DNA of 64,000 bases from Candidatus Nanoarchaeia archaeon (GTDB lineage: Archaea; Nanobdellota; Nanobdellia; Woesearchaeales; JACPBV01): the NCBI GenBank assembly GCA_028279655.1, contig JANQNH010000001.1, positions 17,484 to 81,483 of the forward strand. The letters run 5' to 3'. Under the pieces are notes generated by a model. It was given only the letters and a program-made list of their open reading frames with translations, was not told where the DNA came from and did not search any database. Position numbers and translations under genes: made by a program. Shown here in pieces: positions 47,688 to 55,973 of this stretch (positions are counted from its first letter, which is position 1; the number at the start of each line of letters is the position of its first letter).

Positions 47688-49318
47688 ACCTCTTTTACCA
47701 TCTTAACTGTAAAATGCCTGAATCCCATCTTGTCGTATAGTTTTATTGCAGCTTTGTTGTCCATGTGTATCTCTAATGATACATGAGGCACCTTATTTGA
47801 CTTAAGCCATTCTAATGCGCTCTTTACAAGATTCTCTGCTACTCCTTTTTTCCTGTGTTCCTTGTCAACAAATAGGTTGCTGATGTGGCCTTTTCCTTCT
47901 TTGTGATACCTTGAGATCCTCAGAGGGGTAAAGAATTTTGCAAGGATAGCCCCCACTATCTTGTTTCTATCTTCTGCTACAAACAGGATCCTGTCTGGTT
48001 TTGTAAGATCAAACTGAAGGTATTCCCTGTAGTAATGTTTGCTTTTGGTAATCGGTTTAAGGGTATTTGAGTATTTCAGCTCCTCTTTTTTTGACATAAG
48101 CCTTAGCTTGAAGAGCTCGTCAAAGTCATCTATTGTCGCTTTCCTTATGGCTATGTTATCTCCATAGTTATCTATAATGTCTTTTATGAAGTATCTGCTT
48201 AGGTTGTATCTTCTCACTCTTGGGAATCCTGGAAATGCATTGATCTCTATGAACTCTGCCTTCTTCTTGTCAGCACAGAGCATCATGTCAACCCCTCCAA
48301 AGTTCAGGCCTAATGCTTTTATCGCCTTAATGGCGCTTTGTTTGGCAAATTCCAGCTGTTTTTTTGGAAGGGTTTTTTCAAAGCTTAGTTTCTCTCCTAT
48401 GGCGCCCTGGGATATGTTTGTTGTAACTGCTTTTTCGTCATTACTCCTTCCATAGGTGTAAAGGACTTTGTCCTTAAAGACATACATCCTAAGGTCAAAC
48501 TTTCTTCCTTTTATCAGCAACGGGTCAATGGCATCTTCTATTATGATGTCCTTCTTTAGGATCTCACTCAGGAATCTGGTCTTGTTTGTTATGTTAATAA
48601 AGGTCCAGCCATAGTCTGATTTTCTGCTTAGGATCTTTCCATTTCTGAACCTGAAATTCGTCATCCACCTGCCTTTCTCAAGATAGGTTATGCCTTTTCC
48701 CATGGAACCATATCTGACCTTAATGAAAAGTTTGCGTCCATTTTCCAGCAGCTTTAAGATATCCTTTACCTTTCTTGTATTGTATGTTTTTGGAATCAGG
48801 ACCCCTGCTTTTGCAACCTTCTTCTTGGTCATCTCCTTATCCCTGTCGGTTGCCAGATTCTTTGGGTGATTGATATAGGTTATCTTATTGTTTTTGTAAA
48901 AATTCTTCAGCTTACTATCTATCTCCTTCCAGAACTTAATGAATTTGGTGTAGAAGCTCTTGTTTCCATAGATGCCCTTGTATTTCTTTGGTTCAATATA
49001 TTTATCCCAATACTCAAAAGGGAAGCACAGGAATATTATGATCTCTTTTGTCTTTATCTCTGGGAGTTTTTGGTCTATTACAGACCAGTAATTTGTGGCT
49101 TTTACCTGGATGTTGCTTCCTCTGAAGAACTTTCTCTGCTTGTAGACCTTCTTGAAGGTGTCGAAGTCCTTCCAGTCTCCTATTGCCAATAGTGTTTTCA
49201 TATTTTTCTCAAAATTATTGATACTTATAAAGTTTACTGTGTTAGTCCTTCTGATTGATATGTAAAAAGAAAAACCACCACCAATGGGCTCAAATACGGT
49301 CGTGCTTCGCACGCCCAA
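47684..49318 (-). CDS. YheC/YheD(TTL)-type ATP-grasp ligase fused to a C-terminal GNAT acetyltransferase. Real start may be the internal Met (MKTLLAIGDW).
   Basis: LFIKVRYGSMGKGITYL and RKFDLRMYVFKDKVLYTYGRSNDEKAVTTNISQGAIGE (YheCD signature). GNAT motif A FVDKEHRKKGVAENLV. Confidence 0.6.
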   Translation of the reverse strand: MGVRSTTVFEPIGGGFSFYISIRRTNTVNFISINNFEKNMKTLLAIGDWKDFDTFKKVYKQRKFFRGSNIQVKATNYWSVIDQKLPEIKTKEIIIFLCFPFEYWDKYIEPKKYKGIYGNKSFYTKFIKFWKEIDSKLKNFYKNNKITYINHPKNLATDRDKEMTKKKVAKAGVLIPKTYNTRKVKDILKLLENGRKLFIKVRYGSMGKGITYLEKGRWMTNFRFRNGKILSRKSDYGWTFINITNKTRFLSEILKKDIIIEDAIDPLLIKGRKFDLRMYVFKDKVLYTYGRSNDEKAVTTNISQGAIGEKLSFEKTLPKKQLEFAKQSAIKAIKALGLNFGGVDMMLCADKKKAEFIEINAFPGFPRVRRYNLSRYFIKDIIDNYGDNIAIRKATIDDFDELFKLRLMSKKEELKYSNTLKPITKSKHYYREYLQFDLTKPDRILFVAEDRNKIVGAILAKFFTPLRISRYHKEGKGHISNLFVDKEHRKKGVAENLVKSALEWLKSNKVPHVSLEIHMDNKAAIKLYDKMGFRHFTVKMVKEV

Positions 49319-49456
49319 CCCACAAAGGAAAAAACCATACGTTGTATGCTTTTTCCCTCTACACTCGTGTTTTCACCTATGGTTGTTTTTATGAAATATA
49401 TTTTTTATACTACAAAGTTTTAAATAATAGTGATTTTTGATTGTTAATGGGAGAAA

Positions 49457-50473
49457 ATGAGAATAGCAATAACTTGCAGCATAAAACCTGAAAATGTTCG
49501 TGAAGAGGAGAAGGAGAAGTATGCTGAATTTGATTCTAAGGAAACCATTGATGATCTTTCAGAAGCTATCAAATCAAATGCGCATGAAGTTGAGATTATC
49601 GATGTAAGAGAAGATATAAAGGATGTCCTGATGTCTAAGAAGGACAATATTGATCTTGTTTTTAATGTTGCAGAGGGAATTGAAGGGGAGGAGAGAGAAG
49701 CACTGGTTCCCGGAGTATGCGAGGAATTAGGCATTCCTTTTTCCGGCGCTGGTTTCAAGACCTCTGTGATTGTGCTAAATAAGGCAAAGGCAAAGGATGT
49801 CCTGATGAAGAATGATATCAAAACTCCCAGATATAAGGTTTTTGAGACTGGAAATGAAGCATTTGATCTGAGATTTCCCATACTCATCAAGCCTTTGATC
49901 GAAGGAAGCTCTAGGGGTGTATTTAATGAGAACCTAGTTAGTAATGTTGAGGACCTTAGGAGAATTGTAAGAAAAATTATCGAGGAATATAAACAGCCAG
50001 CCATAGGGGAGGAATTTCTTAGCGGCAGGGAATTTACTGTTTCTGTTATTGGCTATAAGAACCCAATAGTGCTTCCGATTGTTGAGATAAAGTTTGATCA
50101 TCTTCCACCTGATATCAACCCCATGGATAGTTATGAAGCAAAGTGGATATATGACAGTCCTGAATATAATGAGAAGCATAATGTTGATCCTGTCCAATGT
50201 CCTGCTATTCTTGATGATAGGCTGAGACAGGAGATAGAGGATATAGTTTTGCAGACCTATAAGGTATTAGATTGCAAGGATTGGGCAAGGATTGATGTTA
50301 GACTGGATAAGGAAGGAGTTCCAAATATCTTGGAGGTTAATACCCCTCCTGGTTTTATGAAGGATCCTAAAGAAAATTCAAGGTTGCCAAAGGCTGCCTA
50401 TGCTAATGGATGGAGTTATGAGAAGCTTATCGGAGAGGTTTTGAAGAGCGCTATTGGGAGGTGGAATCTGTGA
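49457..50473 (+). CDS. D-alanine-D-alanine-ligase-like ATP-grasp enzyme, paralogue 1
   Basis: Ddl N-domain and ATP-grasp. AEGIEGEEREALVPGVCEELGIPFSGAG. ILIKPLIEGSSRGV. EVNTPPG. Confidence 0.7.
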   Translation: MRIAITCSIKPENVREEEKEKYAEFDSKETIDDLSEAIKSNAHEVEIIDVREDIKDVLMSKKDNIDLVFNVAEGIEGEEREALVPGVCEELGIPFSGAGFKTSVIVLNKAKAKDVLMKNDIKTPRYKVFETGNEAFDLRFPILIKPLIEGSSRGVFNENLVSNVEDLRRIVRKIIEEYKQPAIGEEFLSGREFTVSVIGYKNPIVLPIVEIKFDHLPPDINPMDSYEAKWIYDSPEYNEKHNVDPVQCPAILDDRLRQEIEDIVLQTYKVLDCKDWARIDVRLDKEGVPNILEVNTPPGFMKDPKENSRLPKAAYANGWSYEKLIGEVLKSAIGRWNL

Positions 50474-51468
50474 AAATTGCTGTGATATATACCAAGAGAG
50501 AAGAGATGGCAGAATCATACCATGAGGATTGGGAAGGCAGGGATACTAATGATGATGCTGAGTCTGTTATGAAGGCTTTAAAGGAACTAGGGCATGAGGT
50601 TAAGGTATATTATGTTGATCTTGACCTGTTCGAGAGCCTTAAGAGGGATAAGAAAGACATAGATATGGTTTTTAACATGTGTGATGACGGTTTTTATTCT
50701 GATCCTGAGTTAGAGCCACACGTGCCTGCCATGCTGGATATTCTGGAGATACCCTATACCGGGGGAGATTATCTAACATTGGCTTTGACCTTAAGGAAGG
50801 CTATGGTAAAGAAGATACTTATCTATCATGATCTTCCTACGCCAAGGTTTAAACTCTTTGAGACCGGAGATGAATCTTTTGATATGGGCTTTCCATTGAT
50901 TGTTAAGCCTGCTCTGGAGGACGCTTCTATCGGGATTAAAGATGAGTCTGTTGTATATGATGAAGAGAAATTGAGAGAAAGGGTCAAGTACGTTATCAAG
51001 GAGTATGAGCAGCCTGCGCTTGTTGAGGAGTTTATCGATGGAAGGGAGTTTAATGTTGGAGTGATAGGTGATAATGAGATACTTCCACTTTCTGAGATAA
51101 CCTTTGATGGTCTGCCTGCCGATAAGCCCAAGATTGTGAATTATGATGCTAAGTGGAAGGAGGATTCTATCGATTATAAGGAAACCAGAAGGAGCTGTCC
51201 TGCAAAGGTTGATGAGATATTAGGAAATAAGCTTAGGGAACTTGCCTTGAAAGCGGGTTCTTTGTTTGGATGCAGGGATTACTTTAGGGTAGATTTTAGG
51301 GTTAGGGGGGATGAACCTTTTATCCTTGAGGTTAATCAGAGCCCGGATATCTCAGAGGATGCAGGTCTTTTTGCTATGGCCCAGGCAAAAGGTTATAGCT
51401 ATAAGGATCTGATCGACAAGATTATCACCAATGTTATGAAAAGAGAAAAGGATGATAGTCCAGAATAA
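50461..51468 (+). CDS. D-alanine-D-alanine-ligase-like ATP-grasp enzyme, paralogue 2
   Basis: Same architecture as paralogue 1. LIVKPALEDASIGI. LEVNQSPD. 13-nt overlap with paralogue 1. Confidence 0.7.
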   Translation: MESVKIAVIYTKREEMAESYHEDWEGRDTNDDAESVMKALKELGHEVKVYYVDLDLFESLKRDKKDIDMVFNMCDDGFYSDPELEPHVPAMLDILEIPYTGGDYLTLALTLRKAMVKKILIYHDLPTPRFKLFETGDESFDMGFPLIVKPALEDASIGIKDESVVYDEEKLRERVKYVIKEYEQPALVEEFIDGREFNVGVIGDNEILPLSEITFDGLPADKPKIVNYDAKWKEDSIDYKETRRSCPAKVDEILGNKLRELALKAGSLFGCRDYFRVDFRVRGDEPFILEVNQSPDISEDAGLFAMAQAKGYSYKDLIDKIITNVMKREKDDSPE

Positions 51469-52786
51469 GCTTGAGAAAAGAGGTTTTTCTGTAAATCTAT
51501 TTAAAGATGCAAGTATAGAATACCAGGAGGATGTCTGGGAGAATATTTCTGAGGATTATAAGAAGGCGATTATGGATAACTTAGTCTATCTGAAGCTATC
51601 CCCTTATTCTATGTTCCAGGAAATGCATTTTGATTTCCCTAAGCCTTTTCTTTCTGAATTGGGGGACAAGGGGGTTATCGGGGATATTCCAAGAATCGCA
51701 TATGAAGATAAGGTTTCTGCTAAAGAGATGATTGAGAGGTTTAGGAATAAACATGTTGATTTTTGTGAAGGTAGCTCTGCATCCATGAGTGGTATAGAGA
51801 CTGAAGATACCCCCTTGATCGGGATTTCTTTTGGGAAGGATAGTCTTTTGTCTTATGCAGTTGCTAAGGAATTAGGACTAGATCCTGAGCTTGTTATGGT
51901 ACAGGATTTCTGGGATAAGGAGGCGGACTTTAAGTTTGACATAATAGACAGATTTGAGGATGAGTTTGATGAGGAGATATACATAGTTTATGATTACATG
52001 GATGATGTATCAGCCTATAAGCGGATAAATAAGCTTGGTTCAGAGGGGGTTGTTGGTGCTAATGCGATAAATTCCTATATTGCCATGCTTCTTCCATTGG
52101 CAGTGAGGCATAGGGCAGATACGCTTGTCTTTGGGAATGAACAAAATTTTAATGATTACTTTTTAAATGAAGAGGGATTTAAGGTTTATCCTTCCTATGA
52201 ACAGTCGAGCGACTGGATGGAGGAACAGAACAAGGCCTTGGATGAGTTTACAGGAGGAAATGTTAAGGTCACTAGTTTTGTTGAGCCCCTGTATAATATT
52301 GCTGAGGTGAAGGTATTGTTCAGCAGGTATCAGTCTATAGCAAGATATCAGATGTCCTGTGATCTTTCATACTCTAAAGGGGGGAGAGGGATGTGGTGCT
52401 ATAACTGTCCTATGTGCGGCAAGGCCTTCCTATACCTAAAGGCCATAGGTGTTGATCCCAAGGTCATTGGTTTCAATAAAAACTTTTTTGACAAGGAATT
52501 TGAAAGACACTATCCTTTGTTCACCCCGCCTACCCGCATCTATGAGAAGCCTGCTGCTGTAAGGGATGAGCAGCTTTTTGGTTTTTACCTTGCTTTTAAG
52601 TCGGATTGCAAGGGTTATCTTATTGACCAGTTTGCGGATAGGTTTTTGGATGAAGCTAAAGAACGCGAGGATGAGTTATTCAATAAATTCTTCAAGGTGC
52701 ATGATTCTGTGTCTATGGATGGGAGGATCAAGGCAGGGATCAATTCTATCTATAGAGAGGAGCTGGATAAGGAGAGCTTAGGATGA
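51452..52786 (+). CDS. PP-loop (adenine-nucleotide alpha-hydrolase superfamily) ATP-pyrophosphatase-like protein with CxxC...CxxC zinc ribbon. Candidate amidoligase.
   Basis: LIGISFGKDSLLSYAVAKELG (variant of SGGxDS). MWCYNCPMCG. 17-nt overlap with the upstream gene. Confidence 0.5.
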   Translation: MIVQNKLEKRGFSVNLFKDASIEYQEDVWENISEDYKKAIMDNLVYLKLSPYSMFQEMHFDFPKPFLSELGDKGVIGDIPRIAYEDKVSAKEMIERFRNKHVDFCEGSSASMSGIETEDTPLIGISFGKDSLLSYAVAKELGLDPELVMVQDFWDKEADFKFDIIDRFEDEFDEEIYIVYDYMDDVSAYKRINKLGSEGVVGANAINSYIAMLLPLAVRHRADTLVFGNEQNFNDYFLNEEGFKVYPSYEQSSDWMEEQNKALDEFTGGNVKVTSFVEPLYNIAEVKVLFSRYQSIARYQMSCDLSYSKGGRGMWCYNCPMCGKAFLYLKAIGVDPKVIGFNKNFFDKEFERHYPLFTPPTRIYEKPAAVRDEQLFGFYLAFKSDCKGYLIDQFADRFLDEAKEREDELFNKFFKVHDSVSMDGRIKAGINSIYREELDKESLG

Positions 52787-54153
52787 GATGGGAAGATGCT
52801 ATCGGTCCATTAAAGGAAGGATGGAATGAAGATATTGATGAGGATGACGGGAATTACTATGAAGATATAGTCAACAGCGTCTTAAAAAAGAAGGATTTGT
52901 TGCTTGAGAGCGCTTCTAGATTTGGCACCCCCCAATATATCCTTGATGAGGATGTCCTTAGGGAGAAGGCGTCTGGTTTTATGCAGAACTTCAGGAATTT
53001 TATACCTAACTCCAGGTTTTTCTATGCTTTCAAGTCTAACGATCTTCCTTACATATGTGGTTTTTTGAGGGATCTTGGGTTTAATGCTGATGTTGCTGGT
53101 TTGTTTGAGCTGCAACTGGCTTTGAAACTGAATTTTAAGCGTATAATCTTTACAGGGCCTGCGAAGAGTACGGAAGAGCTTTTGTTAGCTATCGAAAATA
53201 GAAACAGGGTGGTAATAAATGTGGACAACAAGGATGAGCTTGATAGGGTGATAGGTTTGGTGGATGATGGCAGAGTTAGGATCAGCGTTAGAGTCAATCC
53301 GGATAGTTCGGTGATGAAGACCTGGAGCAAGTTTGGGGTTGACTTCGATGAATTGAAGGAGGTTATCTCAAGGGCCAGGACTAGCAGTAAGGTCTCACTG
53401 GTCGGTCTACATTTTCATTCTTCATGGAACGATACTCCAGAACGTTACTGTAAGAATATTAAACTGATCGGAGAATTCCTGAAGGAAGACCTATCTCAGT
53501 TTGAGTTCCTTGATATCGGTGGAGGGATATATCCAGAGGACCAGGCAACCCTGACAAAGTTCAGCCATAACTATGTCTTAAGAGAGGTTGTTTCAGAGGT
53601 ACAGGAAGAGCATCTTGATTTTGACTTAAGTGAGTTTGTTGTTGATGATGTCGATTCTCTGGAGGTGTTTGGGAAAGAGATTTCGAGTGCGTTAGAGAAA
53701 TATATATTTCCCTTCAATAAAGATATGGATATCTATCTTGAGCCTGGAAGGTATGTCTCTAACAATTCAACCCATATTCTGCTGAAGGTACTCTGTGAAA
53801 AAGGAGAGAACGTGATTGTTGATGGCGGCATGAACCTTATAGGAAGCCTGGATTTTTCACAATATCTTTTTGCACCTATTGTCAACCTTTCTAATCCTTC
53901 CTTGGAATTAAGAAAGAAAACAATCTATGGGAGTCTATGTAAAGCGGATGACCTTTGGGGTTATTCATTTTTTGGAGAGGGTTGCAAGAAAGATGATGTT
54001 GTGATCGTATTGATGCAGGGAAGCTATACATTCTCAAGGGCGTGGAGATTCATTAAAGAGACTGCCCCATACGTTGTTATATCCAACGGTAAATTGAGAT
54101 TAGCAAAAGAGAAAGAAAAATTTTCTGATAGGTATTCTGGCTGCAAGTTCTGA
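52783..54153 (+). CDS. Fold-III PLP-dependent decarboxylase (Orn/DAP/Arg decarboxylase family)
   Basis: FGTPQYILDED. PLP-Lys FYAFKSN. LDIGGGI. YLEPGRY. C-terminal YGSLCKADD. Confidence 0.75.
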   Translation: MRWEDAIGPLKEGWNEDIDEDDGNYYEDIVNSVLKKKDLLLESASRFGTPQYILDEDVLREKASGFMQNFRNFIPNSRFFYAFKSNDLPYICGFLRDLGFNADVAGLFELQLALKLNFKRIIFTGPAKSTEELLLAIENRNRVVINVDNKDELDRVIGLVDDGRVRISVRVNPDSSVMKTWSKFGVDFDELKEVISRARTSSKVSLVGLHFHSSWNDTPERYCKNIKLIGEFLKEDLSQFEFLDIGGGIYPEDQATLTKFSHNYVLREVVSEVQEEHLDFDLSEFVVDDVDSLEVFGKEISSALEKYIFPFNKDMDIYLEPGRYVSNNSTHILLKVLCEKGENVIVDGGMNLIGSLDFSQYLFAPIVNLSNPSLELRKKTIYGSLCKADDLWGYSFFGEGCKKDDVVIVLMQGSYTFSRAWRFIKETAPYVVISNGKLRLAKEKEKFSDRYSGCKF

Positions 54154-54508
54154 AAAAGATTTTTTCTGAGAATTAAAGAATAATTTCTAGATTATAAAAT
54201 TGTAATTATTTTTCTTAAAAAAATAAAAATTTTGTAAAATATTAAAAAACTTTTCTCGTTTTTTTCGACGAGAAATTAAAAAAATAAAAACTTTTTTTAA
54301 AAAAATAAAAAAAAATAAATTTTTTTTTATCCATTTTGTCGACGGTAAATTCAAAAAAGAATAAGCTTTAAATACTACTAATTTCAGTAAAAAATATTAA
54401 AAAAATTAATTTTTTCCAAAAAAAGCTGGTGAAATAAGAGATGATTACCAAAAATTCATTGTTTCTTCTCCATTTTATCCATGATTATAAACTGAGAGAA
54501 GAATTTTT
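54154..54508. promoter_or_regulatory. About 355-bp spacer of more than 85% A+T, low complexity, with AAAAATAAAAA iterations and two GTCGAC-containing motifs, upstream of the aminomutase
   Basis: tttttcgacgag at 54262. ttttgtcgacggtaaa at 54334-54349. Confidence 0.35.
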
Positions 54509-55630
54509 TTGAGGTCAACAATGCCAGGACAACAAGAAGAAACATTGATAAAGAAGAAATATGCGAAAGAGATTGAACAGGTTGAATTATGGGAAGAATT
54601 GTTGAGAAAAAGCATTGTTGATGAAGGGCAGCTTGATGCAATCTGCAAAGGAAATATCGATAAAGAGAAGCTGAAGGCTGTAATCAAGAAATACCCGATG
54701 AGGATAAACCCCTATTATCTAAGTCTTGTGAAAAAGAAGGATGATGCAATCTGGAAGCAATGCATCCCTGATGTCCGTGAGCTTGATGATCCTAAGGGTT
54801 TTGAGGACCCCCTTTGCGAAGAAAGGGACAGTCCGGTCCCTGGCTTGACACATAGATATCCAGACAGGGTCCTTCTGCTGGTATGTAACCAATGTGCAAT
54901 GTATTGCAGGTTCTGTACAAGGAAAAGAAAGGTAGGTGATCCTTTCAAACGGATTACAAGGGCCCAAATATTAAGGGGTATCGAATATATAAAAGGACAT
55001 CCTGAGGTAAGGGACGTGCTTTTGTCAGGAGGAGACCCTTTCCTGCTTTCTGATTCTTATCTTGAATGGATACTGAAGGAACTAAGAAGCATACCTCACG
55101 TTGAGATTATTCGTATTGGAACACGAGTACCATGTGCTCTTCCGCATAGGGTAACTCCTGAGTTGTGCAACATGTTAAAGAAGTACCATCCTTTATATGT
55201 AAATATCCATTTTGCTCATCCGGATGAGATAACTGAACTAAGCGAGAGTGCATGCAATATGCTGTCTGATGCAGGTATCCTGTTGAGTAGCCAGACTGTG
55301 TTGCTTAGGGGTGTTAATGATGATCCTAAGGTCATGAAGGACCTTATGCAGAAGCTCCTGAAGATAAGGGTGCGACCATATTATATCTATCAGGCAGATA
55401 TGACTATGGGGATTAACCATTTCAGAACAAAGGTTGAGAAAGGTATAGAGATCATTGAGAAGATCCAGGGATGGACCTCTGGATTGTGCGTCCCTCATTT
55501 TGTTATCGACAGTCCCGGCGGAGGAGGGAAGATACCAATCCTGCCTAATTTTATTGTTTCCAGAGATGATAAGAAGATAGTCCTAAGGAATTATTCCGGG
55601 AAGACATATACTTATGAAGAGCATTGTTGA
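54509..55630 (+). CDS. kamA: KamA-family radical-SAM aminomutase (lysine 2,3-aminomutase-like)
   Basis: CNQCAMYCRFCTRKRK (CxxxCxxC in the KamA context). LLSGGDPF. PLP-Lys region. C-terminal Cys cluster. Confidence 0.8.
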   Translation: MRSTMPGQQEETLIKKKYAKEIEQVELWEELLRKSIVDEGQLDAICKGNIDKEKLKAVIKKYPMRINPYYLSLVKKKDDAIWKQCIPDVRELDDPKGFEDPLCEERDSPVPGLTHRYPDRVLLLVCNQCAMYCRFCTRKRKVGDPFKRITRAQILRGIEYIKGHPEVRDVLLSGGDPFLLSDSYLEWILKELRSIPHVEIIRIGTRVPCALPHRVTPELCNMLKKYHPLYVNIHFAHPDEITELSESACNMLSDAGILLSSQTVLLRGVNDDPKVMKDLMQKLLKIRVRPYYIYQADMTMGINHFRTKVEKGIEIIEKIQGWTSGLCVPHFVIDSPGGGGKIPILPNFIVSRDDKKIVLRNYSGKTYTYEEHC

Positions 55631-55665
55631 GATAAATAGGAAGAATTCTTTTGATTTTATTTTAA

Positions 55666-55953
55666 TTGTTCTTGATGCAAAGGTTTATATGCTTTTCGCT
55701 AGCTCCAATTTTTATGAGAGCATGTATTGATTGCGATATAACCTTCAAGGTCCAGTATTGTTGTGGATCAGATCCAGATACAAAGAAATCAGTAGATCTT
55801 GTACTAGCGGATGGTCTAGTTGTAAGTGCGTGTCCTAGTTTGAACAGGGACGGTGGCTGCAATCAATACGGCTCAAGACCAGATCCTTGCAAAGAATATA
55901 TAGATTGTCCGAATCTTGAAGGAGTGGATCTTTTTGATATACTATATGCGTAA
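55666..55953 (+). CDS. Small Cys-rich protein (8 Cys) with hydrophobic N-terminus
   Basis: CIDCD...CCGSDPD...CPSLNRDGGCNQ...CKEYIDCPN. Confidence 0.35.
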   Translation: MFLMQRFICFSLAPIFMRACIDCDITFKVQYCCGSDPDTKKSVDLVLADGLVVSACPSLNRDGGCNQYGSRPDPCKEYIDCPNLEGVDLFDILYA

Positions 55954-55973
55954 TATATGCATAAGAAATAGTC

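Noticed and set aside
54456-54687. Minus-strand ORFs (61 and 70 aa) spanning the AT-rich spacer and kamA 5' end
   Set aside because: Generated by A/T homopolymer runs and antisense to kamA. Not credible coding sequence.
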